Shown here piece by piece: positions 1 to 10,585 of a stretch of 32,000 bases of DNA. Numbering within the stretch: the first letter of the stretch is position 1; each line of letters opens with the position of its first letter. The notes under the pieces were generated by a model. That model did not search any database, was not told where the DNA came from, and saw nothing but the letters and a program-made list of their open reading frames with translations. The stretch comes from Bdellovibrionales bacterium (GTDB lineage: Bacteria; Bdellovibrionota; Bdellovibrionia; Bdellovibrionales; UBA1609): the NCBI GenBank assembly GCA_965247685.1, contig OZ252021.1, positions 300,001 through 332,000 of the forward strand. Direction: 5' to 3'. The position numbers and the translations under genes are program-made.

Positions 1-2811
1 ACCTGTTTGCTTTGTTCCAAATAATTCCCCTCCTCCTCTCCTCTCTAAATCATAACGAGCAATCTGATACCCGCTATTCCGATGATTGTGTGTCTGTAAA
101 TAATTAAATCGCTCAACAATAGAAGGCTCAGAAATAAGATTTTCAGGAATAATAAAATAACAATAAGATTGAATATAAGCTCTTCGACCCACTCGTCCTT
201 TCAACTGATAAAGCTGGCTCATTCCTAATCGGTGAGCATCGTTGATAATAATAGTATGAGTCCTCTCAAAATCCATACCTGTTTCAATAATAGTTGTACA
301 TAAAAGAACATCATATTGATATTTGAAAAATCTAACTATTTGAGATTCGAGTTCTTGCTCTTTCATTTGCCCATGAGCTATTTCAATTTGAACATGAGGT
401 AATAAAGATTGAAGTCGATTATAAATTTTTTGTAAACTGTGCACTCGGTTATGTACAAATAAAACCTGACCACCTCTTTGAACTTCATTAAGGATAGCTC
501 TTTTGATTTTTTCTTCTTGAAAAGAAATCACAGCCGTTTGAGGTAAAAAGCGATTCTTAGGTGGAGTTTGAATCATGCTAATATCTTTCATTCCACTCAA
601 ACTCATGTTTAAAGTTCGTGGAATAGGAGTAGCAGACATGTAAATGCAATCTATATTGCTTTTCATTTTCTTAAGTTTTTCCTTATGTCGAACTCCAAAG
701 CGTTGCTCTTCATCAATAATAAATATACCTAAATTTTTAAATTGAACGTCTGAGCTGAGGAGACGATGACTGCCCACTACAATATCCACCTTATGATTTT
801 GAATATCTTGAATATGAGCCTTTATTTTTTCACGAGAAACCAAACGATTGAGTAATTCAATACGAACTGGGTATTGAGAAAATCTCTTTTTTAAATTTTC
901 AAAATGTTGAAGAGTTAAAACGGTTGTGGGAGCAAGAAGAGCAGCTTGATATCCATTTTCTACAGCTTTAAACATCGCTCGCATCGCAACTTCTGTTTTT
1001 CCATAACCAGAATCTCCAATAATCAAACGATTCATAGGGCGATCACTTTGCATATCTTTAAAAACATCCTGAACAGCTTTAAGCTGATCAGGAGTTTCCT
1101 CAAACGGAAAATCTTTTTCAAATTGCTGAATGAGTGAAGAATTTTTAAAAGCAGGGCGTTTAATCTTTGCACGAATGGAATACAGCTTGATTAATTCCAG
1201 AACCATTTCTTGAATGGATCTTTGAGCTTGGGCAAGTTTTTTCTTCCAATGAGGCTGACCTAAATGATCTATAACAAATTCTGTCATTTGAGTTTTAAAC
1301 TGAAACAAACGACCCAACTGAGTCACAGGAACATAAAGCTTATCTTGACTTCTATATTCCAATTCCAAAAACTCACGAGTTATCTGATTAATCGTTAATT
1401 TTTTAAGCCCCTTGTAGCGACCTACACCGTTGATACGATCCACAATCAAATCTCCCTCTTTCACTTCTGAAAATTTCAAAGATCGAGCTTTAGTAAAATA
1501 ATTTTTTGGTCTCACGGAAGAAGTGATAGGTTTTCCCAAGAGTTGATCCCCTCTTAAAAAAAGAGAATCTTCCGTTTGAAAGTGAAAAGGAAGTACAGAG
1601 GGAATGAGATGAACCATTTGAGGGGTTTGCACCTGCTCTTCTTTCCAATCATTCCAACACCTTTCATTGGAAGAAAGACTTTGTGTTTTAAAACCTAAAC
1701 GCTTCAGATGAAATTGAATTTGTTCTTTTTGGCTTTCACTTTGAAAATTAATAAAAATAAAATTATTTTTATTATCTTTTAAGGATGTCCAAGATAAATT
1801 TTGATTCAAAATTTGAATAGGCCAAACATTAGAGGTGCCTTGAATGAGAGAGTGTAAAAATACAGACGAAGATATAGAAGGTAGTTTTTTCATATGGAAC
1901 TGACGAACAAGATAGGAATTAAAATTTTCTTCAGTTTTTGAAGATTCCATTGGAGTTTCATTTTTGGAAGGTTGAGACTCATCGACCCAAAGAACAACAG
2001 GGTTTTTTGACTGTGAGAAAAATGAAAGAGCAGATGAAGGAGATTCATAAAACAAAGGAATCCACAAAGTTAGTTCTGGAAAAAATAATCCTTGAGCTAA
2101 TTTTTTTAAAAGATTCTCTGGTATTGTTTTTTGAACATCGTCAGGAAGACTTTTAATTTTTTGAGCAGCCTTCCATCTCATCTCTCCAGAAAATTCTAGT
2201 TCTAATGCTAATGTGATGGTCACCGAACGAATAGAATATAAATTTCGTTGAGTTTCAGGATCGAAAAAATAAAGATGTTCCACTTCATCCCCAATAGATT
2301 CGATGCGAATAGGATAAGGATGAGCAGGAGAAAAAATATCTAAAAATCCACCACGGCAGGCAAAAAATCCCATTTCTTCGACACGCATCGTGGAGATATA
2401 ACCACAGTCTTGCAGTTCATCTTCTGTGGGTATAGAAGAGCCAATCTCTAAATTTTTAACATTTTTTTGAAATATTTCTAAGGGTAAAGTTTTTTGACTT
2501 AAACTTTCTTTGGAGCATAGAAAAATATCTGAAGAATGAGCACAAGAGGCATGGTACAACCACTTCAGTCTTTGCAAAGTAACGCTTCGGGAAGGAAACC
2601 AAGGATCGAGAGCTGGCAGTGTATAGATGTTTTGATTCGGGTTAAAAAATAAAAAACTCTCTTTAATAATAGAAAATAACAGCTCCTGTGTTTGAATCAC
2701 ATGGGGACCTGATGGAGAGTATTGATGCAAATAAGCCGCAACGGAAGAAGGATGATTACACCCATACATATGAGTGAGAGACTGAGATGATAAATGGGAG
2801 TTAGATTTCAT
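1..2811 (-). CDS. mfd: transcription-repair coupling factor Mfd; N-terminus complete, C-terminal ~100 aa run off the left edge
   Basis: Absent from the ORF track because no stop codon lies in the window. My translation of the minus strand from ATG 2811..2809 stays open to base 1 (937 codons). It contains a CarD-like motif VKEGDLIVDRINGVGRYKGL, helicase motif I GDSGYGKTEVAMRA, motif II IIDEEQRFGV, motif VI QLKGRVGRR and DLERRGGGELFGTKQTG at the window edge. Confidence 0.9.
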   Translation of the reverse strand, partial: MKSNSHLSSQSLTHMYGCNHPSSVAAYLHQYSPSGPHVIQTQELLFSIIKESFLFFNPNQNIYTLPALDPWFPSRSVTLQRLKWLYHASCAHSSDIFLCSKESLSQKTLPLEIFQKNVKNLEIGSSIPTEDELQDCGYISTMRVEEMGFFACRGGFLDIFSPAHPYPIRIESIGDEVEHLYFFDPETQRNLYSIRSVTITLALELEFSGEMRWKAAQKIKSLPDDVQKTIPENLLKKLAQGLFFPELTLWIPLFYESPSSALSFFSQSKNPVVLWVDESQPSKNETPMESSKTEENFNSYLVRQFHMKKLPSISSSVFLHSLIQGTSNVWPIQILNQNLSWTSLKDNKNNFIFINFQSESQKEQIQFHLKRLGFKTQSLSSNERCWNDWKEEQVQTPQMVHLIPSVLPFHFQTEDSLFLRGDQLLGKPITSSVRPKNYFTKARSLKFSEVKEGDLIVDRINGVGRYKGLKKLTINQITREFLELEYRSQDKLYVPVTQLGRLFQFKTQMTEFVIDHLGQPHWKKKLAQAQRSIQEMVLELIKLYSIRAKIKRPAFKNSSLIQQFEKDFPFEETPDQLKAVQDVFKDMQSDRPMNRLIIGDSGYGKTEVAMRAMFKAVENGYQAALLAPTTVLTLQHFENLKKRFSQYPVRIELLNRLVSREKIKAHIQDIQNHKVDIVVGSHRLLSSDVQFKNLGIFIIDEEQRFGVRHKEKLKKMKSNIDCIYMSATPIPRTLNMSLSGMKDISMIQTPPKNRFLPQTAVISFQEEKIKRAILNEVQRGGQVLFVHNRVHSLQKIYNRLQSLLPHVQIEIAHGQMKEQELESQIVRFFKYQYDVLLCTTIIETGMDFERTHTIIINDAHRLGMSQLYQLKGRVGRRAYIQSYCYFIIPENLISEPSIVERFNYLQTHNHRNSGYQIARYDLERRGGGELFGTKQTG

Positions 2812-2948
2812 GAGTTTTATATAAGAGTTTTTGTTCAGACCTGAATCGTATTTTTAACTGAGAAAAGACACTGAAACAACTAAAAATAACGCTTTGCAAA
2901 GTATGTAAAAAATACAGTTTATCCTTTTACACCGCTTACAATTCTTTC

Positions 2949-2977
2949 TTGGAATCAGATAGGCTATAGAGTATAGT
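2949..2977 (+). promoter_or_regulatory. candidate sigma70-type promoter for the nuo cluster
   Basis: TTGGAA (2949-2954), a 17-nt spacer, then TATAGT (2972-2977), about 27 nt upstream of the nuoA ATG. A purine-rich RBS AAGAAGG lies at 2987-2993. Sequence match only. Confidence 0.35.
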
Positions 2978-3003
2978 ACGAAAGTAAAAGAAGGTATATA
3001 AAA

Positions 3004-3387
3004 ATGAGTTCTTTAGCAGGTATTGGAGTTGTTATTCTTATCGTCACAACGATTATAGGATTATTGCTTTCTATTTCCTATCTGATTACTCAAGCCACAG
3101 CGAACCAACACCTCTCTTCTAAAGCAAAAGATGACGCTTATGAATGTGGTCTCGAAGGAACTCCCAGCCAAAGCTCCCGTATTTCTTCTGGATATTATGT
3201 AACGGCTATCCTTTTTGTCCTCTTTGATATCGAAATTATTTTTCTTTATCCTTGGGCTATCTCTTATAGAAAATTTATAGATCTGCAAGAGGGAACACCT
3301 TATTTTATTACTTTTATAATCTTCTTAGCTTTATTTATAGTAGGGTTACTTTGGGAGATTCGGGTTAAAGCGTTGAACTGGAAATGA
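3004..3387 (+). CDS. nuoA: NADH-quinone oxidoreductase subunit A (ND3 homologue)
   Basis: 127 aa with three predicted TM segments. Carries the family motifs [20 protein letters not shown]. Confidence 0.9.
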   Translation: MSSLAGIGVVILIVTTIIGLLLSISYLITQATANQHLSSKAKDDAYECGLEGTPSQSSRISSGYYVTAILFVLFDIEIIFLYPWAISYRKFIDLQEGTPYFITFIIFLALFIVGLLWEIRVKALNWK

Positions 3388-3433
3388 TTTGAAAAATAAC
3401 CGAAGTTCATTAACTGATTTAGAGGTTTGAATT

Positions 3434-4579
3434 ATGGGAGAAGATATTTTCTCCAGTACGATAAATATTATTAAAATATTAGTTATTTTTTTAATAATGG
3501 TGCAAAGTGTTCCTATACTTGTTTGGTTGGAGCGCCGGGCGTCTGCCTTTATGCAAAATCGTTTTGGACCAAATCGCGTTGGTCCACTAGGACTTTTACA
3601 GCTTCTGGCGGACTTTGTTAAGGTTATCTTTAAAGAAGACTTCGTGAACCCGAAAGCTCACAAAGCATACTTCTATGCTGCTCCCATCATTGCTGTCATT
3701 CCTGCAGCTTTAGCCTTTGGAGCTCTTCCTTTATCTGCTCCTGTTTATGTCGATCAATTCCAATTTTTTGGGCAAACTCTAGGTCCTTATATTTTTGAGA
3801 TGCGATCTTTTCCAATAGAGATTGGTATTGTATTTGTATTTGGAGTATCTTCCTTAGCTGTGTATTCCCTTCTTCTTGCAGGGTGGAGTTCTGGAAATAA
3901 ATATTCTCTTTTGGGAGGCCTTCGAGCTTCGGCACAGGCTATTAGTTATGAGTTGGCGCTGAGCCTCAGTCTGATAGGTATTATCATTATCTTTAATACT
4001 TTTAGCTTTGATGAAATTATTGAATTACAAAATCGAGTTTTGAAGTTTCAATTTTTCTCTCGTGAGATACAGGTTGGTTTCTTACCCAATTGGGGCATCT
4101 TTTATCAACCTCTAGGGGCCTTGCTTTTATTTATTGCTTTGTTTGCTGAAGCGAACCGACTCCCTTTCGATCTACCTGAAGCAGAGTCAGAACTCGTCGC
4201 AGGTTATCACACAGAGTATGGAGGGCTTAAAATTATTATTTTTTACATTGCAGAATATGGACATATGTTAGTAGCTTCTTCACTTATGGTGATTTTATAT
4301 TTTGGAGGTTATAACTTTTACCCCTTGTTCAACGAAGACATTTTACAACAATGGCTTCTTCCTCACTTCTCCATCACTTCAGTCAGCCTGCTCACTTCGC
4401 TCATTTTATTTATATGCTTTTTTGTCAAAGTTGCTTTCTTTTTATGGTTTTTTATTTGGGTCCGCTGGACACTTCCTCGATTTCGCTATGATCAATTAAT
4501 GGATTTAGGATGGAAAACCTTGTTACCATGGTCTTTGGTCAATGCCATAGGAACCGCATTTTTTGTATGGGCAGCCTGA
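3434..4579 (+). CDS. nuoH: NADH-quinone oxidoreductase subunit H (ND1 homologue)
   Basis: 381 aa polytopic membrane protein. Motifs include [70 protein letters not shown] and [21 protein letters not shown] at 3421. Confidence 0.95.
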   Translation: MGEDIFSSTINIIKILVIFLIMVQSVPILVWLERRASAFMQNRFGPNRVGPLGLLQLLADFVKVIFKEDFVNPKAHKAYFYAAPIIAVIPAALAFGALPLSAPVYVDQFQFFGQTLGPYIFEMRSFPIEIGIVFVFGVSSLAVYSLLLAGWSSGNKYSLLGGLRASAQAISYELALSLSLIGIIIIFNTFSFDEIIELQNRVLKFQFFSREIQVGFLPNWGIFYQPLGALLLFIALFAEANRLPFDLPEAESELVAGYHTEYGGLKIIIFYIAEYGHMLVASSLMVILYFGGYNFYPLFNEDILQQWLLPHFSITSVSLLTSLILFICFFVKVAFFLWFFIWVRWTLPRFRYDQLMDLGWKTLLPWSLVNAIGTAFFVWAA

Positions 4580-4601
4580 AGGAACCAAAGGAGATTTTAA
4601 G

Positions 4602-5099
4602 ATGACTTTTACATTTTATTTCTTATCGACGCTCATTCTTTATGGAGCAATGGGTACTGTATTCAAGAAAAACCCTATTGCCTGCGCTCTTCATCTGGCT
4701 TTAACAATGATTGCGCTTGCTGGTTTATTCTTTCAATTGGGAGCACAGTTTATCGCAGGAGTTCAGCTGGTTGTTTATGCTGGTGCAGTCATGGTTTTGT
4801 TCGTACTAGTGGTGATGCTCTTTGATAATACACAAAAGCAAAAAGAAGATTCTGTTTTAAAAACTCCCTTTCTAGCCTTGAAAACTTTTATTTGTGTTTT
4901 TATATTAGGCCTACTCTCTGGAGTGATCCCTCATTCTGTAGGAACAATGACGAAAATTGTTTCTCCAAGAGTGACTTCCACTCAAGAACTCGCTTATATA
5001 TTATTTTCGGATTATGTGTTTCTTTTTGAATGGCTGGGTTTGCTACTGCTTGTTATAGCAGTTGGAATTGTTCTTCTTAGTCGGAGCAAAGGTGAATGA
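4602..5099 (+). CDS. nuoJ: NADH-quinone oxidoreductase subunit J (ND6 homologue)
   Basis: The track ORF opens at TTG 4563, overlapping the nuoH end. I prefer ATG 4602, which is preceded by AAGGAG (4587-4592). Hydrophobic product of about 165 aa with a VQLVVYAGAVMVLFVLVVML-type segment, in the syntenic position before nuoK. Confidence 0.85.
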   Translation: MTFTFYFLSTLILYGAMGTVFKKNPIACALHLALTMIALAGLFFQLGAQFIAGVQLVVYAGAVMVLFVLVVMLFDNTQKQKEDSVLKTPFLALKTFICVFILGLLSGVIPHSVGTMTKIVSPRVTSTQELAYILFSDYVFLFEWLGLLLLVIAVGIVLLSRSKGE

Positions 5100-5413
5100 T
5101 AACACTAAGTGATATTACTCTTCAGCATCATCTTTATTTAGGGTTAGCCTTATTTTTTATCGGCTTTTTTGGAATTTTATTGCGTAAAAATATTCTAGTG
5201 ATACTCATGTGTATTGAACTCATGTTGAACGCTGTGAATCTACTGCTCATTGCAGCCAGCCAGTACTATGGATCACTGGATGGACAAATTATGACATTTT
5301 TCGTTATGACTATTGCTTCTGCCGAAGCAGGTATAGGTTTAGCCCTGGCTGTACAAGCATATAAAAGGGTGAAGAGTATTGATCTTCACACATTGAATCG
5401 TTTTCGTGGATAG
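5096..5413 (+). CDS. nuoK: NADH-quinone oxidoreductase subunit K (ND4L homologue)
   Basis: 105 aa with three TM segments. Motifs LMCIELMLNAVNL and AEAGIGLALAV. Its ATGA start overlaps the nuoJ stop. Confidence 0.92.
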   Translation: MITLSDITLQHHLYLGLALFFIGFFGILLRKNILVILMCIELMLNAVNLLLIAASQYYGSLDGQIMTFFVMTIASAEAGIGLALAVQAYKRVKSIDLHTLNRFRG

Positions 5414-5416
5414 GTT

Positions 5417-7249
5417 TTGAAAATGCTCATATTTGGAATTTTAATTTTATCACCTCTAGCAGGCTTCCTACTGAATGCTTTATTCCCTTGGAAAAGACGC
5501 CCCGCTGTACTGATTGGTTGTGCTTCTTCTTTTATTTCCTTTCTATCCACTCTTTGGATTTGGAAAAATTATTCAGGTTCGGCACAAACAGTTCGATGGT
5601 TTTCTTGGATTCAATGGGATAAATTGGAAATTGATTTCTCATTTCTGATCGATCCTCTGAGTTTAACTATGGCTTCCATTGTAACAGGTGTAGGTTTTTT
5701 AATTCATATCTTCAGCGTTGAATATATGTCTCAAGATTCTCGTATTCGATCATATTTTTCTTATCTCAATTTATTCCTATTTAGTATGCTCATTCTCGTA
5801 TTGGCAGACAATTTATTATTGCTTTTTGTCGGCTGGGAAGGTGTGGGGCTTTGCTCTTACTTGCTCATTGGTTTTTGGTTTACCAAAAGAGAAAAAGCTG
5901 TAGCAGGTATGAAAGCATTTATCGTTAATCGTATTGGGGACGCTGCATTTTTAGCCTCTATATTTTTATTTTTTACTTTATTTCAATCCTTAAATTTCTC
6001 AGATATGCACACTGAAATAGTCACTCCATCTCTGGCACTATGGACTTGTTTATTAATGTTTTTAGGAGCAGCAGGAAAGTCTGCTCAACTTCCCTTCTAT
6101 GTTTGGCTTCCCTCAGCAATGGCCGGTCCCACTCCTGTATCTGCACTTATTCACGCCGCAACGATGGTGACAGCAGGTGTTTATTTGATCATTCGAACAA
6201 GTGAACTTTGGCTCGTTCACCCATGGGCCTTAAATGTTGTGGCCATAGTGGGAACATCCACCGCAATACTAGGAGCCTACTTAGGCTGCAAAGCTTGGGA
6301 TGTCAAAAAAGTTTTAGCTTATTCCACTATCTCTCAACTTGGTTATATGTTTCTTGCACTCGGAGTCGGAGCTTTTTCTTCAGCTTTATTTCATCTTACA
6401 ACTCATGCATTTTTCAAAGCTTGTCTTTTTTTATCTGCAGGAAGCCTTATTCATGGACTCAATGGAGAACAAGATATTCGAAAAATGGGAGAATTGAGAA
6501 AAAAAATGCCGTTTACTTTTTTGAGTTTTCTTATTGGATCTTTAGCTCTCATGGGGCTCCCCTTTTTCAGTGGTTTTTTTAGCAAAGATGAAATTCTTTA
6601 TCATACTTTTCATGAAGGGCATTACTTCTTATGGTTGATAGCTGTGCTAGGTGCAGGGTTAACTGCATTTTATACAACAAAAGTTTTATATTATGTATTT
6701 TGGAAAAAAGCAGAAAGCTCGCAGGACAAAGTCCACGAAAGCGGCTGGTGGATGAAAATCCCTCTTTTGATTTTATCCTTACTGAGTGTGGTTGCTGGTG
6801 CATTGAATTGGCCTCACTTTATGCCAAAAATTATTCCTTATGGTCAATTAGCTCATTGGATTCATCCCAGCCAGCCTCCATTTGCGGGCAACATTACGAT
6901 GGAGATCATCCTTGCTAGTATATCTGCGGTATTTGTCTTATCTATTGCAATTATTACTCTCCTGCTTCTCTCACAGAACCGCCCATTTTTACCTTGGCTC
7001 TTTAAGCCTCAATGGAGTTTAGATGAATTCTACCAAAAATATTTTGTCCAAGGGACAAATATGGTCAGTCAAAAACTGTTTCAGACTGTAGAAACTAAAA
7101 TTCTTCAAGGCGGCATTCACCTTATACAAAATTATTTTTTAAGTTTAAAAAACTCTTTTGCTCAGCTCCAAAATGGTTTGGTGCAGAACTATGCCTTGTT
7201 TATGGGTTTAGGCCTCTTGATTTTTGTTCTAACAATACTTTTAAGGTAG
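5417..7249 (+). CDS. nuoL: NADH-quinone oxidoreductase subunit L (ND5 homologue)
   Basis: 610 aa. Motifs WEGVGLCSYLLIGFW, GKSAQLPFYVWLPSAMAGPTPVSALIHAATMVTAGVYL and AYSTISQLGYM. The start is either TTG 5417 or ATG 5423. Confidence 0.95.
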   Translation: MKMLIFGILILSPLAGFLLNALFPWKRRPAVLIGCASSFISFLSTLWIWKNYSGSAQTVRWFSWIQWDKLEIDFSFLIDPLSLTMASIVTGVGFLIHIFSVEYMSQDSRIRSYFSYLNLFLFSMLILVLADNLLLLFVGWEGVGLCSYLLIGFWFTKREKAVAGMKAFIVNRIGDAAFLASIFLFFTLFQSLNFSDMHTEIVTPSLALWTCLLMFLGAAGKSAQLPFYVWLPSAMAGPTPVSALIHAATMVTAGVYLIIRTSELWLVHPWALNVVAIVGTSTAILGAYLGCKAWDVKKVLAYSTISQLGYMFLALGVGAFSSALFHLTTHAFFKACLFLSAGSLIHGLNGEQDIRKMGELRKKMPFTFLSFLIGSLALMGLPFFSGFFSKDEILYHTFHEGHYFLWLIAVLGAGLTAFYTTKVLYYVFWKKAESSQDKVHESGWWMKIPLLILSLLSVVAGALNWPHFMPKIIPYGQLAHWIHPSQPPFAGNITMEIILASISAVFVLSIAIITLLLLSQNRPFLPWLFKPQWSLDEFYQKYFVQGTNMVSQKLFQTVETKILQGGIHLIQNYFLSLKNSFAQLQNGLVQNYALFMGLGLLIFVLTILLR

Positions 7250-7258
7250 CGGATATTT

Positions 7259-8788
7259 ATGCTTAGTTTTCTTATTTTCTTTCCCTTTTTAAGTGCTCTT
7301 GTTATTTCTCTTTTTTCTCAAAAAAAATCTTCATGGCTTTCTTTAACTCTTTCTGGATTCTACTTTCTTTGCAGCTTGAGTTTATTTTATCTATTGGATC
7401 CTCATCAGCCCACAATTCAACTTTCTGAAAAAATATTTTGGTTTCCTACTTTAGGAATTCACTATTTTGTTGGAATCGATGGAATTTCGTTTTGGCTGGT
7501 AATCTTAACTGCATTTATATTTCCACTCAGTGTTTGGAACTCAGTTCTGAGTGTGAAAAATCACTTGAAAGGTTATTTGATCTGCTTGTTTACACTTACT
7601 GGTTGTGTAATGGGATCTTTTCTCGCATTAGATGCAATTTTGTTCTATATCTTTTTTGAAAGCACTTTAATTCCACTTTTCTTCTTGATTCTTATATGGG
7701 GTGGAAAAGAAAAAACCTATGCTGCATTTAAGTTTTTCATCTACACAGCATTAGGTTCTTTATTTATGCTCGTTGGTATTTTGACTCTGATTTTTATGAC
7801 TCAAGAGCAGTTGGGAATATGGAGTGCGAGCTTTTTAGATTTTTATTCTCTTAAAATTCCCTTTGTGGGGAATACTTTTTTTAGTACGCAAAGTTTACTT
7901 TTCTTTTTATTTTTCATTGCATTTGCCATTAAAACTCCTTTATTCCCCTTTCACACTTGGCTTCCATTAGCTCATGTCCAAGCCCCTACAGCAGGTTCCG
8001 TATTTTTAGCAGCTATTGTGCTCAAGATGGGAGCTTATGGGTTTTTAAGACTTATTCTGCCTTTATTTCCTGAGGCAACCACATATTATGCACCTTGGGT
8101 GTGCTTCTTGTCTGTTATAGGTATTGTGTATGGAGCATTAATGGCACTGGCACAGTCCGACATGAAAAAACTAATCGCTTACTCTTCCGTCTCTCACATG
8201 GGTTATGTTCTGCTTGGATTTTTTGTGTTTAATACTTACGCTCTTGCTGGTGGTTTTTTGCAAATGCTCGCTCATGGACTTAGTTCTGCAGCTTTGTTTT
8301 TACTTGTGGGAATGCTTTATGAAAGAACTCACACAAAAAATATCCACGAATATGGAGGGATGGCTTCAGTAGTCCCTATCTACAGTGTTTTGTTTTTTAT
8401 TGTTTCACTTTCAACTATCGCTTTACCTTTAACTGCTGGCTTTGCCGCAGAGTTCTTAGTTCTCATGGGAACTTTTTTAAGCCGCCCACTATGGCTTCCT
8501 TTTGCTCTAATAGGTGTCGTACTGGGAGCATCTTACATGTTGTTTTTAATATTGAAAGTCTTTTTTGGACCTATCAATAAAATAAAATCGATTTCCGATT
8601 TGAATATTCAAGAGCGATTAATTATTATCCCTTTTGTTGTGCTTATTTTTGTTATGGGTATAGCCCCTAACTGGTTCTTTCATTATTCTGAGAAAAGTTT
8701 AAATTTATTATTCCAAAACTCATCTCATTACCAACTCATGTTAAGTACACCCAAGAAAAAAAAATTCTTACCATTTAAGAAGGATTAG
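7259..8788 (+). CDS. nuoM: NADH-quinone oxidoreductase subunit M (ND4 homologue)
   Basis: 509 aa. Motifs FPFHTWLPLAHVQAPTAGSVFLAAIVLKMGAYGFLR and AYSSVSHMGYVLLG. Confidence 0.95.
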   Translation: MLSFLIFFPFLSALVISLFSQKKSSWLSLTLSGFYFLCSLSLFYLLDPHQPTIQLSEKIFWFPTLGIHYFVGIDGISFWLVILTAFIFPLSVWNSVLSVKNHLKGYLICLFTLTGCVMGSFLALDAILFYIFFESTLIPLFFLILIWGGKEKTYAAFKFFIYTALGSLFMLVGILTLIFMTQEQLGIWSASFLDFYSLKIPFVGNTFFSTQSLLFFLFFIAFAIKTPLFPFHTWLPLAHVQAPTAGSVFLAAIVLKMGAYGFLRLILPLFPEATTYYAPWVCFLSVIGIVYGALMALAQSDMKKLIAYSSVSHMGYVLLGFFVFNTYALAGGFLQMLAHGLSSAALFLLVGMLYERTHTKNIHEYGGMASVVPIYSVLFFIVSLSTIALPLTAGFAAEFLVLMGTFLSRPLWLPFALIGVVLGASYMLFLILKVFFGPINKIKSISDLNIQERLIIIPFVVLIFVMGIAPNWFFHYSEKSLNLLFQNSSHYQLMLSTPKKKKFLPFKKD

Positions 8789-8791
8789 TGA

Positions 8792-10249
8792 ATGGAATTC
8801 TCAAGTATTGATTTTATATACACCACACCCATTTGGAGTCTTGCTTTAGCTTCACTGTTTCTTTTGATCTCAAAAGCTGTGAGCCCTAAAAAACCGATGA
8901 GACCTTTTTGGGCCTGCATGATCGCTTTTTTAAGTTTTAGTTTTTCCATTGGAGCTCTGCTATTTTTAGGTAGTGGTGATCAACTCTTATTCTCCGATCT
9001 ATTACGTTTCGACCGAAATTCTTGGCTACTTTCTCAAATCATTTTACTGATCTCAATATTAATCCTCTTTTTATTTTTAGGTAAGTACAAGCATCTAGTG
9101 GATGCAAACTACTTTTCAGAGTTTATCTTTTTATTCATGAACAGTGTTTTAGGCATGTGTCTCATCACTTGGTCAAATAATTTAATCTCCGCATTTATAG
9201 CTATTGAATATATCTCTCTTTGTTTCTATGTGATGATTCCTTTATCAAGCAATCGAGAAACCTCCATAGAGTCTGGTCTGAAATATTTTGTTTTAGGTTC
9301 TGTAGGAGCTGCTTTTTTTCTTCTAGGTATTGCCTTCACTTATATTGCCGCTCATTCTTTAGATTTTAGCACTCTGCTCAACAGCTCTCAGTTCCTCATT
9401 CAAAATAACCGTTTATTTATTCTAGGGCTTGGACTCATTTGTACGGCGTTACTCTTCAAAGTGGCTATCTTCCCTTTTCAATTTTGGCTTCCAGATGTTT
9501 ACCAAGGTTCATCCACAGCTCTGGTGGCATTTATGTCCACCGCAGTCAAAGTAGCTTCTTTTATTTTACTTCTAAGATTAGTTTTCTATGGTGGATATAT
9601 CACGCATGCAGGGCACAGTTTATTTTACTTGTTTCAATGGCTCGCTATTATCAGCTTAATTTTAGGAAATACTCTAGCTCTATTTCAAGATAACTTTAAA
9701 AGGCTGTTAATTTACTCCAGCATTGGACACGCCAGTTATATGCTTATGGCAATTTTAAATCCAACTGTGTTTTCTGTCGCTGGATTGTTTTACTATCTTA
9801 TCACTTATGCGTTTATTAACATTGGCGCTTTGTCCTGCTCCATGTTTATGGAAGGTGATCAAATAACAGGTTATTCTTTGAATCGACTTAAAGGATTGTT
9901 CTATAGAAAACCCTTTTATGCTGTAGTGTTATCTTGGTTTCTCATTAATTTATCAGGGATACCCCCTTCTGCTGGATTTTTTTCTAAGTTATTCATTTTT
10001 GAATCTTTGGTACAGAAACAATTATGGTGGATGCTCTTTTGGGGTGTCATTGGTTCTACTGTAGGCTTAGTATATTATTTAAAGCCTCTTGCATTAATGT
10101 TCCTCAAAAATGAGGAGAATGACTCCACTCCTTTTGAAAGTTCACCTTGGATAAGTGCTTGCGTGTGGATATCACTTATTTGCAGCCTAGTTCTCACTTT
10201 TGGTGCAGGCTGGATTTATACATTATTTTCTCAACTCTGGATCTCTTAA
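8792..10249 (+). CDS. nuoN: NADH-quinone oxidoreductase subunit N (ND2 homologue)
   Basis: 485 aa. Motifs FPFQFWLPDVYQGSSTALVAFMSTAVKVA and IYSSIGHASYML. Last gene of the cluster. Confidence 0.93.
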   Translation: MEFSSIDFIYTTPIWSLALASLFLLISKAVSPKKPMRPFWACMIAFLSFSFSIGALLFLGSGDQLLFSDLLRFDRNSWLLSQIILLISILILFLFLGKYKHLVDANYFSEFIFLFMNSVLGMCLITWSNNLISAFIAIEYISLCFYVMIPLSSNRETSIESGLKYFVLGSVGAAFFLLGIAFTYIAAHSLDFSTLLNSSQFLIQNNRLFILGLGLICTALLFKVAIFPFQFWLPDVYQGSSTALVAFMSTAVKVASFILLLRLVFYGGYITHAGHSLFYLFQWLAIISLILGNTLALFQDNFKRLLIYSSIGHASYMLMAILNPTVFSVAGLFYYLITYAFINIGALSCSMFMEGDQITGYSLNRLKGLFYRKPFYAVVLSWFLINLSGIPPSAGFFSKLFIFESLVQKQLWWMLFWGVIGSTVGLVYYLKPLALMFLKNEENDSTPFESSPWISACVWISLICSLVLTFGAGWIYTLFSQLWIS

Positions 10250-10585
10250 TTTTCACCTTACTAAATACAACACCGACTTCACCATCGGCTCGACAAGGCA
10301 ATAGTAAGGAGATTAAAATAACAAAACCATTTAACAAAAAATCATTTTTGTATCCCGTTGATAGTCGCTAACATTCTATGTTAACCAGAGCATCCCTTAA
10401 AAAAATTAGCAAGAATGATGGAGACAGGTTGCCTCTATTTAATAGATTATCCTTAAAAAAGATTTAATCTGCGACACTTATTTGATTCTACTTCTAAATT
10501 AATAAATTTTTTCCTAAAGAGTTAAAAAGACACAATTGATATTTTTTGGAAACGAGTCAAAGAAATTTCAGGAACTAATTTTTTA

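Noticed and set aside
8753-8764. A-rich run (AAGAAAAAAAAA) near the nuoM 3' end, and a similar T10 run at 28186-28195 in yejE
   Set aside because: They encode lysine runs in non-conserved termini and both frames are intact. There is no evidence of slippage or phase variation.
9366-9374. Exact TTAGCACTC, the left half of the CIRCE heat-shock operator
   Set aside because: It lies inside the nuoN coding sequence, and the required GAGTGCTAA partner 9 nt downstream is absent (GCTCTCAGT instead). It is a chance half-site.
3061-9693. Internal and antisense ORFs within the nuo genes (for example 3061-3288, 3696-3935, 4302-4499, 5718-5903, 6208-6582, 6579-6803, 6631-6918, 7438-7659, 9439-9693)
   Set aside because: All are nested in alternative frames of long, motif-rich nuo reading frames. 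None has independent start signals.
10147-10371. 74-aa plus-strand ORF overlapping the nuoN 3' end
   Set aside because: It is out of frame with the nuoN tail and runs into non-coding sequence. It has no RBS and no motif.
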